Shown here: positions 49,361 through 64,000 of the stretch, in pieces
Position numbering within the stretch: the first letter of the stretch is position 1
Layout of the letters: the number at the start of each line of letters is the position of its first letter
Source of the DNA: an uncultured Actinomycetota bacterium
GTDB taxonomy: Bacteria; Actinomycetota; Actinomycetes; JACCUZ01
Assembly (NCBI GenBank): GCA_963751035.1
Contig: CAVVSW010000006.1
Location: forward strand, 2,347-66,346
Reading direction: 5' to 3'
Length of the DNA stretch: 64,000 nt
The notes under the pieces: generated by a model
Database searches by the model: none
What the model saw: only the letters and a program-made list of their open reading frames with translations
Told to the model about the DNA's origin: nothing
Position numbers and translations under genes: made by a program

Positions 49361-50025
49361 ATGAGCGATCCGTGGGGGACACCCGCCGAGGGCGAGAAGC
49401 GGGAGGGCGAGCCGGCAAAGCCGCCCCCGCCGCCCGAGCCACCGACCCCGCCGGACGCGCCGGCATCCGGCCAGCCGGATCAGGGCCAGCCGGATCAGGG
49501 CCAGCCGCCGTACGGTCAGCCCGGCCAGCAGCCGGCGTACGGTCAGCCCGGCGAGCAGCAGCCGCCGTATGGTCAGCCCGGCCAGCAGCAGCCGCCGTAC
49601 GGTCAGCCGGGCCAGCAGCCCTACGGCCAGCCCCCGGGTTACGGCCCGCCTCCGGGTTACGGCCAGCAGCCCTACGGTCAGCAGCCCTACGGCCAGCCCT
49701 ACGCCCCGGGCGCTCCCTACGGCTATGGCCAGGCGCCCTACCAGCGGCAGACGTCGAGCAAGGCGACCAACGTGATGGTGCTCGGCATCGTCTCGCTGGT
49801 GCTCGTGTGGGCCTGCGGGATCGGCTTCATCCCGGCGATCATCGCGCTGGTGATGGCCGGTGGTGCCGAGCGGGAGATCGCGCAGTCCGGTGGAGCCTTG
49901 CAGGGGGAGGGCCAGATCAAGGCCGGCCGCATCATGAGCTGGATCACCCTCGGACTGGCGGCCCTGGGCTGGTGCTGGTCATCGCCGCCGTGGCCCTCGG
50001 GGACGGCTCCTACAGCAGCTACTGA
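49361..50025 (+). CDS. DUF4190-like membrane protein with PYGQP-rich N-terminus (frameshift ~49968)
   Basis: Repeated PYGQPGQQ; [27 protein letters not shown]; C-terminus in ORF ending 50025. Confidence 0.8.
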
Positions 50026-50054
50026 CCGGCCGGTCCCCGTCGTACCGTCCCTTT

Positions 50055-50082
50055 TTGACCTGCGCGTGCGCGCTGGTAGGCT
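50055..50082 (+). promoter_or_regulatory. Housekeeping sigma promoter of the str operon
   Basis: TTGACC-N16-TAGGCT. Confidence 0.7.
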
Positions 50083-50183
50083 CTCCCTTCGTGCCTGGGG
50101 TGCCCCGGGCTCTCGCGCGTGCGCGAGCAGCAGGACAATCCGTGCGGCTGGCCTTCGGGCCTGTCGCGCAACCGGTCAGGCGT

Positions 50184-50206
50184 GACACGCCCGACCGCGG
50201 GGGTCG
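50184..50206 (+). promoter_or_regulatory. 23-nt leader element, copy 1 (rpsL leader)
   Basis: GACACGCCCGACCGCGGGGGTCG; 22/23 identical to 54788-54810. Confidence 0.7.
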
Positions 50207-50281
50207 AGAAGGCACCCGGCTGACCATCTCGAAACAGCACCATCAACTCGAACAGCACGAAACGGAGACTGAAGGCGGCTC

Positions 50282-50656
50282 ATGCCCACCATCCAGCAGC
50301 TGGTCCGCAAGGGCCGCCAGGACAAGGTCGAGAAGACCAAGACGCCTGCCCTCAAGGGCAGTCCTCAGCGACGGGGCGTCTGCACCCGCGTCTACACGAC
50401 CACGCCCAAGAAGCCGAACTCCGCGCTGCGCAAGGTGGCCCGCGTGCGGCTCACCAGCGGCATCGAGGTCACGGCCTACATCCCGGGCGTCGGGCACAAC
50501 CTCCAGGAGCACTCCATCGTGCTGGTCCGCGGCGGCCGGGTGAAGGACCTGCCCGGTGTCCGCTACAAGATCATTCGTGGCTCGCTGGACACCCAGGGTG
50601 TCCGCAACCGCAAGCAGGCTCGCAGCCGCTACGGCGCGAAGAAGGAGAAGAGCTAA
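50282..50656 (+). CDS. rpsL: 30S ribosomal protein S12
   Basis: [23 protein letters not shown]. Confidence 0.99.
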   Translation: MPTIQQLVRKGRQDKVEKTKTPALKGSPQRRGVCTRVYTTTPKKPNSALRKVARVRLTSGIEVTAYIPGVGHNLQEHSIVLVRGGRVKDLPGVRYKIIRGSLDTQGVRNRKQARSRYGAKKEKS

Positions 50657-51126
50657 TGCCGCGCAAGGGCCCGCCCCCGAAGCGCCCGGTCATCATCGAC
50701 CCGGTCTACAACTCCCCGCTCGTGACCTCGCTGGTCAACAAGGTCCTCGTGGCCGGCAAGCGCTCGGTCGCCGAGGCCATCGTCTACGGCGCGCTCGAGG
50801 GCTGCCGCGAGAAGTCCGGCAACGACCCGGTGATCACGCTCAAGCGGGCGCTGGACAACGTCAAGCCGGCGCTCGAGGTCAAGAGCCGCCGCGTCGGTGG
50901 TGCCACCTACCAGGTGCCGGTCGAGGTGCGGGTGCCCCGGCAGACCACGCTGGCACTGCGCTGGCTGGTCAGCTACTCCCGCCAGCGGCGCGAGAAGACC
51001 ATGACCGAGCGGCTCATGAACGAGCTGCTGGACGCCAGCAACGGCCTGGGTGCGAGCGTGAAGCGTCGCGAGGACACCCACAAGATGGCCGAGTCCAACA
51101 AGGCGTTCGCGCACTACCGCTGGTAA
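50656..51126 (+). CDS. rpsG: 30S ribosomal protein S7
   Basis: [25 protein letters not shown]. Confidence 0.99.
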   Translation: MPRKGPPPKRPVIIDPVYNSPLVTSLVNKVLVAGKRSVAEAIVYGALEGCREKSGNDPVITLKRALDNVKPALEVKSRRVGGATYQVPVEVRVPRQTTLALRWLVSYSRQRREKTMTERLMNELLDASNGLGASVKRREDTHKMAESNKAFAHYRW

Positions 51127-51171
51127 GCGCGACCCTTCCCCCAACGAGTTAGCGAGAGAAGACACCTAGCA

Positions 51172-53271
<2,100 letters not shown>

Positions 53272-53342
53272 GCCCCGGCCTACCGGCGACCCACCAGCAC
53301 ACGACCTAACCAGCCAGAACCTGTTCCGAGGAGGACCCCAAA

Positions 53343-54536
<1,194 letters not shown>

Positions 54537-54541
54537 TCAGG

Positions 54542-54582
54542 TTCCCCGCGGCGCCGCGCCAGGCGCGCGACGCCGCGGGGAG
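54542..54582 (+). terminator. Hairpin after tuf
   Basis: tccccgcggcg...cgccgcgggga inverted repeat. Confidence 0.6.
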
Positions 54583-54787
54583 CAGCTGGGCGGATTCGCC
54601 AAGCCGCGGGCACCTGCGGCATACTTCACGGCGAGTTGCTCGGCTGGGCAGCCTTCGCGTGAGCCTTCGTGCCCGCGTGCAGATCGGTCGCCCACGCCGC
54701 GCGCCCGGGCCAAGCTGTTTCGGCCCGGGTCGCAGAAGGACCCCCGTCGCGCGCCGGTTCACATTCCCGGCCGCATGTCGGGACCGC

Positions 54788-54810
54788 GACACACCCGACC
54801 GCGGGGGTCG
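54788..54810 (+). promoter_or_regulatory. 23-nt leader element, copy 2 (rpsJ leader)
   Basis: GACACACCCGACCGCGGGGGTCG. Confidence 0.7.
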
Positions 54811-54853
54811 GCCGAGCACCCAACAGGAACGAACGAGAAGGACGGACGGCGCA

Positions 54854-55162
54854 ATGGCGGGACAGAAGATCCGCATCAGGCTCAAGGCCTACGACCACGA
54901 GGTCATCGACAGCTCGGCGCGCAAGATCGTCGACACGGTGACCCGCACGGGCGCGACGGTCGCGGGCCCGGTGCCGCTGCCGACCGAGAAGAACGTCTAC
55001 TGCGTTATCCGCTCGCCGCACAAGTACAAGGACTCCCGCGAGCACTTCGAGATGCGCACGCACAAGCGGCTCATCGACATCATCGACCCCACGCCGAAGA
55101 CCGTCGACTCGCTGATGCGGCTCGACCTGCCGGCCGGCGTGGACATCGAGATCAAGCTCTAA
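54854..55162 (+). CDS. rpsJ: 30S ribosomal protein S10
   Basis: [30 protein letters not shown]. Confidence 0.99.
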   Translation: MAGQKIRIRLKAYDHEVIDSSARKIVDTVTRTGATVAGPVPLPTEKNVYCVIRSPHKYKDSREHFEMRTHKRLIDIIDPTPKTVDSLMRLDLPAGVDIEIKL

Positions 55163-55193
55163 CCGGATCCGAGATCGAGGGACGCAACCAGTC

Positions 55194-55844
55194 ATGGGTA
55201 AGCAGATGAAGGGCCTGCTGGGCGAGAAGCTCGGCATGACCCAGGTGTTCGACGAGAACAACCGGATCGTCCCGGTGACCGTCGTACAGGCTGGGCCGTG
55301 CGTCGTCACTCAGGTCCGCGCGGCCGACCTCGACGGCTATGCCGCCGTCCAGATCGCCTACGGCGCGATCGACCCCCGCAAGGTCACCAAGCCGCGCGGC
55401 GGGCACTTCGCCAAGGCCGGGGTCACCCCGCGTCGCCACCTGGTGGAGCTGCGCACGGACGACGCCGGCGACTACACGCTCGGCCAGGAGATCACCGCCG
55501 AGCTGTTCGAGTCGGGGCAGATCGTCGACGTCGTCGCCACCAGCAAGGGCAAGGGCACGGCCGGCGTGATGAAGCGGCACGGCTTCCACGGCGTCAGCGC
55601 CTCCCACGGCTCGCACCGCAACCACCGCAAGCCGGGCTCCATCGGCGGGGCGTCCACCCCGGGCCGGGTGTTCAAGGGCATCAAGATGGCCGGCCGGATG
55701 GGCGCGGCCCGCACGACCACCCAGAACCTCACCGTCCACGCGGTCGACACCGACCGCGGGCTGCTGCTCATCAAGGGCGCCATCCCCGGCCCCAAGGGCG
55801 GCATCGTCCTGGTCCGCACCGCCGCGAAGGGAGCCGCGCTGTGA
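55194..55844 (+). CDS. rplC: 50S ribosomal protein L3
   Basis: [28 protein letters not shown]. Confidence 0.98.
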   Translation: MGKQMKGLLGEKLGMTQVFDENNRIVPVTVVQAGPCVVTQVRAADLDGYAAVQIAYGAIDPRKVTKPRGGHFAKAGVTPRRHLVELRTDDAGDYTLGQEITAELFESGQIVDVVATSKGKGTAGVMKRHGFHGVSASHGSHRNHRKPGSIGGASTPGRVFKGIKMAGRMGAARTTTQNLTVHAVDTDRGLLLIKGAIPGPKGGIVLVRTAAKGAAL

Positions 55845-56729
55845 GCACCGACACCGCTGACGTGACCACCGAGCCGGCTGCCCGCGAGATCGACGTGATC
55901 GCCGCCGACGGCTCGACCGACGGCACGGTCTCGCTGCCCGGCGAGATCTTCGACGTGCAGGTCAACATCCCGCTGATCCACCAGGTCGTCGTCGCCCAGC
56001 TCGCCGCGGCCCGCCAGGGCACCGCATCCACCAAGACCCGCGCCGACGTCCGCGGTGGTGGCCGCAAGCCCTACCGCCAGAAGGGCACCGGCCGGGCCCG
56101 ACAGGGCTCCACCCGCGCACCGCAGTTCGCCGGCGGTGGGGTCGTCCACGGGCCGACGCCGCGCAGCTATGCCCAGCGGACGCCCAAGAAGATGAAGGCA
56201 GCCGCCCTGCGTGGCGCGCTGTCCGACCGGGCCCGCAACGGCCGGGTGCACGTCGTCAGCGCTCTGGTCGACGGCGACGTGCCCTCGACCAGCTCCGCGG
56301 TGGCCATCCTCGCCAACCTCTCCGAGCGCCGCCACGTCCTCGTCGTCGTGCCGCGCGCGGACGAGCTGACCTGGAAGAGCCTGCGCAACGCCGAGACCGT
56401 GCACCTGCTCGCGCCCGACCAGCTCAACACCTACGACGTGCTGGTCTCCGACGACGTCGTCTTCACGCAGCGCCGCCCTCGAGGACTTCCTGGCCGGGCC
56501 GACCCGGGGCAGGTCGGCCTCCGCGACGGCGCTGGAGAGCGAGCGTCGAGGCTCCAGTCGCAGAAGGCGACCACCAAGAAGTCCGCCGCGAAGAAGCCGG
56601 CCCGCACGCAAGAAGACGGCGAAGAAGGCAGCTGCCACCGAGGCGGCAGCCACCGGCGACGACACGGTCGTCACCCCGGCCGAGGCGGCGGTCGACGAGG
56701 CCGCCGGCAGCGAGGAGGGCGACAAGTGA
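55841..56729 (+). CDS. rplD: 50S ribosomal protein L4 with extended C-terminal tail (indels after 56470)
   Basis: [28 protein letters not shown]. Confidence 0.95.
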
Positions 56730-57030
56730 GCGACGTCTACAAGGACCACCGCGACGTGCTGCTGGCACCCGTGGTCTCCGAGAAGAGCTACGGGCTGCTC
56801 GACGAGAACAAGTACACCTTCCTGGTGCACCCCGACGCCAACAAGACCGAGATCAAGATCGCGGTCGAGAAGGTCTTCGGCGTCAAGGTCACGGGGTCAA
56901 CACGATCAACCGCGCGGGCAAGCGCAAGCGCACCCGCACCGGCTTCGGCCAGCGCAACGCGACCAAGCGCGCGATCGTGACCGTGGCCGAGGGCGACCGG
57001 ATCGACATCTTTGGAGGGCCGGTCAGCTAA
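56726..57030 (+). CDS. rplW: 50S ribosomal protein L23 (indels)
   Basis: [27 protein letters not shown]. Confidence 0.93.
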
Positions 57031-57867
57031 TGGGCATCCGCAAGTACAAGCCGACCACACCGGCGCGCCGCGGCTCGAGCGTCGCCGACTTCGTCGAGGT
57101 CACCCGGTCCGAGCCCGAGAAGTCCCTGGTGCGTCCCCTGCACGAGCAAGGGCGGGCGCAACAACACCGGGCGCATCACCACCCGGCACCAGGGCGGCGG
57201 GCACAAGCGCGCGTTCCGGGTCATCGACTTCCGTCGTCACGACAAGGACGGGGTGCCGGCCAAGGTCGCGCACATCGAGTACGACCCCAACCGCACCGCC
57301 CGCATCGCGCTGCTGCACTACGCGGACGGCGAGAAGCGCTACATCATCGCGCCGAACCGCCTGCGGCAGGGGGACCGCATCGAGAACGGCCCGAGCGCCG
57401 ACATCAAGCCCGGCAACAGCCTGCCGATGCGCAACATCCCGGTCGGAACGGTGATCCACGCGATCGAGCTGCGTCCCGGCGGCGGCGCCAAGATCGCCCG
57501 GTCCGCGGGCTCCAGCGTCCAGCTGGTGGCCAAGGACGGGCCGTTCGCCCAGCTGCGGATGCCCTCGGGCGAGATCCGCAACGTCGACGTGCGCTGCCGG
57601 GCCACCATCGGCGAGGTCGGCAACGCCGAGCAGTCCAACATCAACTGGGGCAAGGCCGGCCGGATGCGCTGGAAGGGCAAGCGCCCGACGGTGCGCGGTG
57701 TGGCCATGAACCCGGTCGACCACCCGCACGGTGGTGGTGAGGGCAAGACGTCCGGCGGTCGCCACCCGGTGAACCCCAACGGCAAGCCGGAGGGCCGCAC
57801 CCGCCGGGCCAACAAGTCCAGCGACAAGCTCATCGTCCGCCGCCGCAAGACCGGCAAGAAGCGCTGA
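57030..57867 (+). CDS. rplB: 50S ribosomal protein L2 (frameshift ~57145)
   Basis: [27 protein letters not shown]. Confidence 0.96.
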
Positions 57868-57882
57868 TCGGAGACTGGAGCC

Positions 57883-58164
57883 ATGCCACGTAGCCTGAAG
57901 AAGGGCCCCTTCGTGGACGACCACCTGATCAAGAAGGTGGACGCCCAGAACGACAAGGGCACCAAGAACGTCATCAAGACCTGGTCGCGCCGCTCGATGA
58001 TCGTGCCGGCGATGCTCGGCCACACGATCGCGGTGCACGACGGGCGCAAGCACGTCCCGGTGTTCGTCACCGAGGCGATGGTCGGCCACAAGCTCGGCGA
58101 GTTCGCGCCGACGCGCACGTTCCGCGGGCACGTCAAGGACGACCGGAGGGCTCGCCGTGGCTGA
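57883..58164 (+). CDS. rpsS: 30S ribosomal protein S19
   Basis: [25 protein letters not shown]. Confidence 0.98.
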   Translation: MPRSLKKGPFVDDHLIKKVDAQNDKGTKNVIKTWSRRSMIVPAMLGHTIAVHDGRKHVPVFVTEAMVGHKLGEFAPTRTFRGHVKDDRRARRG

Positions 58165-58769
58165 CGCCTCCGCGCCGGCCAAGGCTCAGGCGCGCTTCGT
58201 GCGGGTCACGCCGATGAAGGCCCGCCGCGTGGTCGACCTCATCCGCGGCCTGCAGGCCGACGAGGCGCTCGCCGTGCTGCGGTTCGCCCCGCAGGCCGCC
58301 AGCGAGCCGGTCGGCAAGGTGCTCGCCAGCGCCATCGCCAACGCGCGCTACCGGGCGAGCAGGAGACCGCGTCTCGACGTCGAGGACCTGGTCTGCAGCC
58401 GCGTACGTCGACGAGGGTCCGACGCTGAAGCGGTTCCGCCCGCGCGCCCAGGGCCGTGCCTTCCGCGATCCGCAAGCGCACGAGCCACATCACGATCGTC
58501 GTGCGCCGAGGTCCGAGCTGGACGAGCCGACGCCGAAGAAGGCCACGCCAAGAAGTCGAGGCGAAGGGCGACGGCCAAGAAGGCGAGGGCCAAGAAGGCG
58601 CGGCGAAGAAGCGACTGCCGCGAAGAGCCCGGCCGAAGAAGAAGGCCGCAGACACCAAGCGGCCAAGAAGACGACCAAGAAGACCACGGCGAAGAAGGCT
58701 GCAACAAAGAAGGCAGCAGCGAAGGAGGCCGCGACCGAGAGCACCGCGTCGAAGAGGAGGACCCGCTAG
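58157..58769 (+). CDS. rplV: 50S ribosomal protein L22 with Lys/Ala-rich C-terminal tail (several indels)
   Basis: [35 protein letters not shown]. Confidence 0.9.
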
Positions 58770-59627
58770 TGGGCCAGAAGGTCAACCCCCACGGGTTCCG
58801 GCTCGGCATCACCACCGACTTCAAGAGCCGTTGGTACGCCGACAAGATGTACAAGGACTACGTCAAGGAAGACGTCGCCATCCGACGCATGATGAGCAAG
58901 GGCATGGAGCGCGCCGGCATCTCCAAGGTGGAGATCGAGCGCACCCGTGACCGGGTCCGCGTGGACATCCACACGGCCCGTCCCGGCATCGTCATCGGCC
59001 GCCGTGGCGCCGAGGCCGACCGCATCCGCGGCGACCTCGAGAAGCTCACCGGCAAGCAGGTGCAGCTGAACATCCTCGAGGTCAAGAACCCCGAGGTGGA
59101 CGCCCAGCTCGTGGCCCAGGGCGTCGCCGAGCAGCTGTCCAGCCGGGTGTCGTTCCGCCGCGCCATGCGCAAGTCGATGCAGACGACGATGAAGGCCGGC
59201 GCCAAGGGCATCCGGGTGCAGTGCTCCGGTCGCCTCGGCGGCGCGGAGATGTCGCGCTCGGAGTTCTACCGCGAGGGCCGCGTCCCGCTGCACACGCTGC
59301 GCGCGAACATCGACTACGGCTTCTACGAGGCCCGGACGACGTTCGGCCGCATCGGCGTCAAGGTCTGGATCTACAAGGGCGACGTCTCGGCCAACCGCGC
59401 CGAGCGCGAGGCCCAGGCGGCCGCGGACGCGCCTCGGTCAGCGCAGCCGGCCCGCCCGGCGCCACGCGCCGTCCGGCCGGCGCCGAGCGTCCGGCCGGTG
59501 GCCCTGCCGAGCAGCCCGCCGGACCGCAGCGCCGAGGCGGCACCGGTCGCCGACGCCGCACCGGTCGCCGACCGCCGGCCCCCGCGGCTCGCGGCTCCCG
59601 AGACCGACCACCGGAACGGAGGCCTGA
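58769..59627 (+). CDS. rpsC: 30S ribosomal protein S3 (indels in tail)
   Basis: [31 protein letters not shown]. Confidence 0.96.
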
Positions 59628-59629
59628 CC

Positions 59630-60048
59630 ATGCTGATCCCCCGCAGGGTCAAGCACCGCAAGCAGCACCACCCCGACCGCACGGCGCGGCCAAGGGCGGC
59701 ACGCAGGATCGCGTTCGGCGACTACGGCATCCAGGCGCTGAGCCGGCCTACGTGACCAACCGGCAGATCGAGTCGGCCCGTATCGCGATGACCCGCCACA
59801 TCCAGCGTGGCGGCAAGGTCTGGATCAACATCTACCCGGACCGTCCGCTGACCAAGAAGCCGGCCGAGACCCGGATGGGCTCCGGCAAGGGCTCGCCGGA
59901 GTGGTGGATCGCCAACGTCAAGCCCGGCCGCGTGATGTTCGAGCTGTCCGGCGTGCCGGAGCCGATCGCCCGTGAGGCGATGCGGCGCGCCATGCACAAG
60001 CTCCCGATGAAGTGCCGGTTCGTCCGGCGCGAGGGTGGTGACGTCTGA
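59630..60048 (+). CDS. rplP: 50S ribosomal protein L16 (indels)
   Basis: [27 protein letters not shown]. Confidence 0.95.
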
Positions 60049-60303
60049 TGGCAGCCGGCGAACAAGCGGTGCGCGCTGCGCGCGCTCGAGGACGACGAGC
60101 TGGTGGCCAAGCTGCGCGAGGCCAAGGAAGAGCTGTTCAACCTGCGCTTCCAGGCGGCCACCGGTCAGCTCGAGAACCACGGCCGGCTGCAGGCCGTCCG
60201 CAAGGACATCGCCCGCATCTACACCGTGATGCGCGAGCGCGAGCTCGGCATCAGCACCGTCCAGAGCGGCGCCGTCGAGACCGATGGCGAGGCGCCGGCA
60301 TGA
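60048..60303 (+). CDS. rpmC: 50S ribosomal protein L29 (indel)
   Basis: [27 protein letters not shown]. Confidence 0.93.
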
Positions 60304-60607
60304 CGCAGAAGGCGAACGACGACGGACAGAACCCCGAAGGCAGACATGAACGCACCCGAGGCTACCGCAAGACCCGTGAGGGGCTGGTCGTCAGCGACAA
60401 GATGGACAAGACCGTCGTCGTCGCTGTCGAGGACCGGGTCAAGCACGCGCTGTACGGCAAGGTCATCCGCCGCACCAGCAAGCTCAAGGCGCACGACGAG
60501 CAGAACTCCTGCGGCGTCGGCGACCGCGTGCTGCTCATGGAGACCCGGCCGCTGTCGGCGACAAGCGCTGGCGCGTCGTCGAGATCCTCGAGAAGGCGAA
60601 GAAGTGA
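60300..60607 (+). CDS. rpsQ: 30S ribosomal protein S17 (indel)
   Basis: [21 protein letters not shown]. Confidence 0.93.
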
Positions 60608-60970
60608 TCCAGCAGGAGTCGCGACTGCGCGTCGCCGACAACACCGGTGCCAAGGAGCTCTGTGCATCCGGGTCCTCGGTGGCTCCGGTCGGCGCTACGC
60701 CGGCATCGGTGACGTCATCGTGGCCACCGTCAAGGACGCCATCCCCGGCGGCAACGTCAAGAAGGGTGAGGTCGTCAAGGCGGTCATCGTGCGCACCGCC
60801 AAGGAGCGCCGCCGTCCGGACGGCTCCTACATCCGCTTCGACGAGAACGCCGCGGTCCTGATCAAGACGGTGGCGACCCGCGCGGCACGCGCATCTTCGG
60901 CCCGGTCGGCCGTGAGCTGCGCGAGAAGCGGTTCATGCGCATCATCTCGCTCGCGCCGGAGGTGCTCTGA
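60604..60970 (+). CDS. rplN: 50S ribosomal protein L14 (indels)
   Basis: [24 protein letters not shown]. Confidence 0.93.
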
Positions 60971-60971
60971 C

Positions 60972-61314
<343 letters not shown>

Positions 61315-61315
<1 letters not shown>

Positions 61316-61895
61316 TGAGCACCACACCACCGAGACAGACCCCAGAGCGGCGCCGCACCGCGGCTCAAGCCGCGCTACCGCGCGGAGATCGTCGCCGGCG
61401 CTGCGCGAGGAGTTCGGCTACGCGAACGTCATGCAGGTGCCCGGCGCTCGTCAAGATCGTGGTCAACATGGGCGTGGGCGACGCCGCCCGCGACTCCAAG
61501 CTGATCGAGGGCGCGATCCGCGACCTCGCACCGATCACCGGCCAGAAGCCGCGGTCACCAAGGCCCGCAAGTCGATCGCGCAGTTCAAGCTGCGTGAGGG
61601 CAGCCGATCGGCGCGCACGTCACGCTGCGCGGCGACCGCATGTGGGAGTTCCTGGACCGGCTGCTGTCGCTCGCGCTGCCCCGTATCCGTGACTTCCGCG
61701 GGCTGTCGCCGCGGCAGTTCGACGGCAGCGGCAACTACACGTTCGGTCTCAACGAGCAGTCGATGTTCCACGAGATCGACCAGGACAAGATCGACCGCGT
61801 CCGCGGCATGGACATCACGGTGGTCACGACCGCCAAGACCGACGACGAGGGTCGCGCGCTGCTGCGGCCCTCGGCTTCCCGTTCAAGGAGTCTGA
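61315..61895 (+). CDS. rplE: 50S ribosomal protein L5 (indels)
   Basis: [26 protein letters not shown]. Confidence 0.93.
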
Positions 61896-61898
61896 GCA

Positions 61899-62084
61899 GT
61901 GGCGAAGAAGGCCTGATCGACAAGGCCGCGCGCAAGCCGAAGTTCGAGGTGCGCGGCTACACCCGCTGCCAGCGCTGCGGCCGTCCGCACTCGGTGTACC
62001 GCAAGTTCGGCCTGTGCCGCGATCTGCCTTCGCGAGATGGCACACCGCGGCGAGCTGCCGGGCGTGACCAAGAGCAGCTGGTAA
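61899..62084 (+). CDS. rpsZ: 30S ribosomal protein S14 type Z (Zn-binding; indels)
   Basis: [34 protein letters not shown]. Confidence 0.9.
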
Positions 62085-62180
62085 CCCCATTCCTGACCGA
62101 CCACATCGACAACACCGACAAGCACGCCGCAGGTCTCCGGAAACCACGGCGAGAAAGCGGCTCACACGCCATGACCGACC

Positions 62181-62588
62181 ATGACGATGACCGACCCGAT
62201 CGCAGACATGCTCACGCGTCTGCGCAACGGGAACACCGCGTACCACGAGACGGTGCGCGATGCCGCACTCGAAGATCAAGGTGCACATCGCGGAGATCCT
62301 CCAGCAGGAGGGCTACATCACCGGCTGGCACGTCGAGGAGCCCGCGACGCCGAGGTCGGCAAGAGCCTCGTGCTCGAGCTGAAGTACGGCCCGAACCGGG
62401 AGCGCTCGATCGCCGGCCTCCGGCGCATCTCCAAGCCCGGTCTGCGCGTCTACGCGAAGTCCACCAACCTGCCGCGCGTGCTCGGCGGCCTGGGCGTCGC
62501 GATCATCTCCACGTCCGCCGGGCTGCTGACCGACCAGCAGGCCGCCAAGAAGGGCGTAGGCGGGGAAGTCCTCGCCTACGTCTGGTAA
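62181..62588 (+). CDS. rpsH: 30S ribosomal protein S8 (compensating indels)
   Basis: [31 protein letters not shown]. Confidence 0.95.
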   Translation: MTMTDPIADMLTRLRNGNTAYHETVRDAALEDQGAHRGDPPAGGLHHRLARRGARDAEVGKSLVLELKYGPNRERSIAGLRRISKPGLRVYAKSTNLPRVLGGLGVAIISTSAGLLTDQQAAKKGVGGEVLAYVW

Positions 62589-62603
62589 GGGGAGGGAGCA
62601 GCC

Positions 62604-63146
<543 letters not shown>

Positions 63147-63148
63147 CC

Positions 63149-63534
63149 ATGGCAGTCGGCGTCAAGATCGCAAGCCGGCGACGCCGCAAGGGCGTCGGCC
63201 GCACGCGCCGCCACCTGCGCGTCCGCAAGAAGGTCTCCGGTACGCCGGTCGCGTCCGCGCCTCGTCGTGACCCGCTCCAACCGGCACATGGTCGTCCAGG
63301 TCGTCGACGACATCGCGGGCCACACGCTGGCCTCGGCGTCGACCCTGGAGACCGACCTGCGCGGCGGCGAGGGCGACAAGACGCGCCAAGGCCAAGCAGG
63401 TCGGCGAGCTGGTCGCCGAGCGCGCCAAGGCCGCCGGCGTCGAGGCGGTCGTGTTCGACCGTGGTGGCAACCAGTACCCCGGGCGGGTCGCCGCTCTGGC
63501 GGACGCCGCCCGCGAGGCCGGGCTGGAGTTCTAG
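63149..63534 (+). CDS. rplR: 50S ribosomal protein L18 (indels)
   Basis: [28 protein letters not shown]. Confidence 0.92.
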
Positions 63535-63591
63535 ATGCAACCGCGAGCTACGCAGCACGACATGCAGCAGGCAACGAGAGAGGTAAATCCA

Positions 63592-64000
63592 ATGGCTGGA
63601 CCCCAGCGCCGCGGTGGCGGTGCCGGCGGCGGACGAGCGGCGGGCGCCGTGAAGCGCGGCCGTGACGCCGGCGCGCGGCGCAGCCGAGAAGACCGCGTTA
63701 CGTCGAGCGCGTCGTCGCGATCAACCGCGTCGCCAAGGTCGTGAAGGGTGGTCGTCGCTTCAGCTTCACCGCGCTGGTCGTCGTGGGCGACGGCGACGGC
63801 ACCGTCGGCGTCGGCTACGGCAAGGCCAAGGAGGTGCCCGCGGCGATCGCCAAGGGTGTCGAGGAGGCCAAGAAGCACTTCTTCAAGGTCCCGCGCATCC
63901 AGGGCACCATCCCGCACCCCGATCCAGGGTGAGACGGCGGCCGGCGTCGTGCTGCTCAAGCCGGCGTCGCCCGGTACCGGCGTCATCGCCGGTGGCCCGG
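63592..64000 (+). CDS. rpsE: 30S ribosomal protein S5, partial (indels)
   Basis: [32 protein letters not shown]. Confidence 0.93.

Overview
High-GC actinobacterial (class Actinomycetia-like) chromosomal segment, mostly core genome. 1-~8270: two paralogous family-5 ABC solute-binding lipoproteins, a dual-ATPase OppD/F gene, a small DUF1059-like protein, a sortase-type (LAKTG) surface protein with a Thr-rich stalk, and an N-terminally truncated AAA/TPR regulator. At ~8270 this abuts, head-to-head, a 5'-truncated nuoC, which points to an assembly chimera or a real deletion. 8280-16636: secondary complex I-like operon (nuoC'-H-I-J-K-L-M-N, no nuoD/EFG) and htpX. Next come yajQ, a PspC-type two-component/envelope-stress module, tRNA-Tyr/Thr/Met, rpmG, a MaoC/hadAB-like pair, murB, adenosine deaminase, an aminotransferase, tRNA-Trp, secE-nusG-rplK-rplA-rplJ-rplL, a complete Mce lipid-import operon with its own ATPase, rpoB, rpoC, a DUF4190 protein, then the str, S10 and spc operons through rpsE (partial). 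Indels are frequent in 2.2-8.5 kb and dense after ~56.4 kb, consistent with long-read error. I found no CRISPR, prophage, IS or defence system. The best candidates for undescribed biology are cis-regulatory and structural: a 23-nt element shared by the rpsL and rpsJ leaders, paired TTAC-N6-GTAA palindromes before the mce operon, phased CAGGG repeats in the psp divergon, and long acidic or histone-like tails on several ribosomal proteins.
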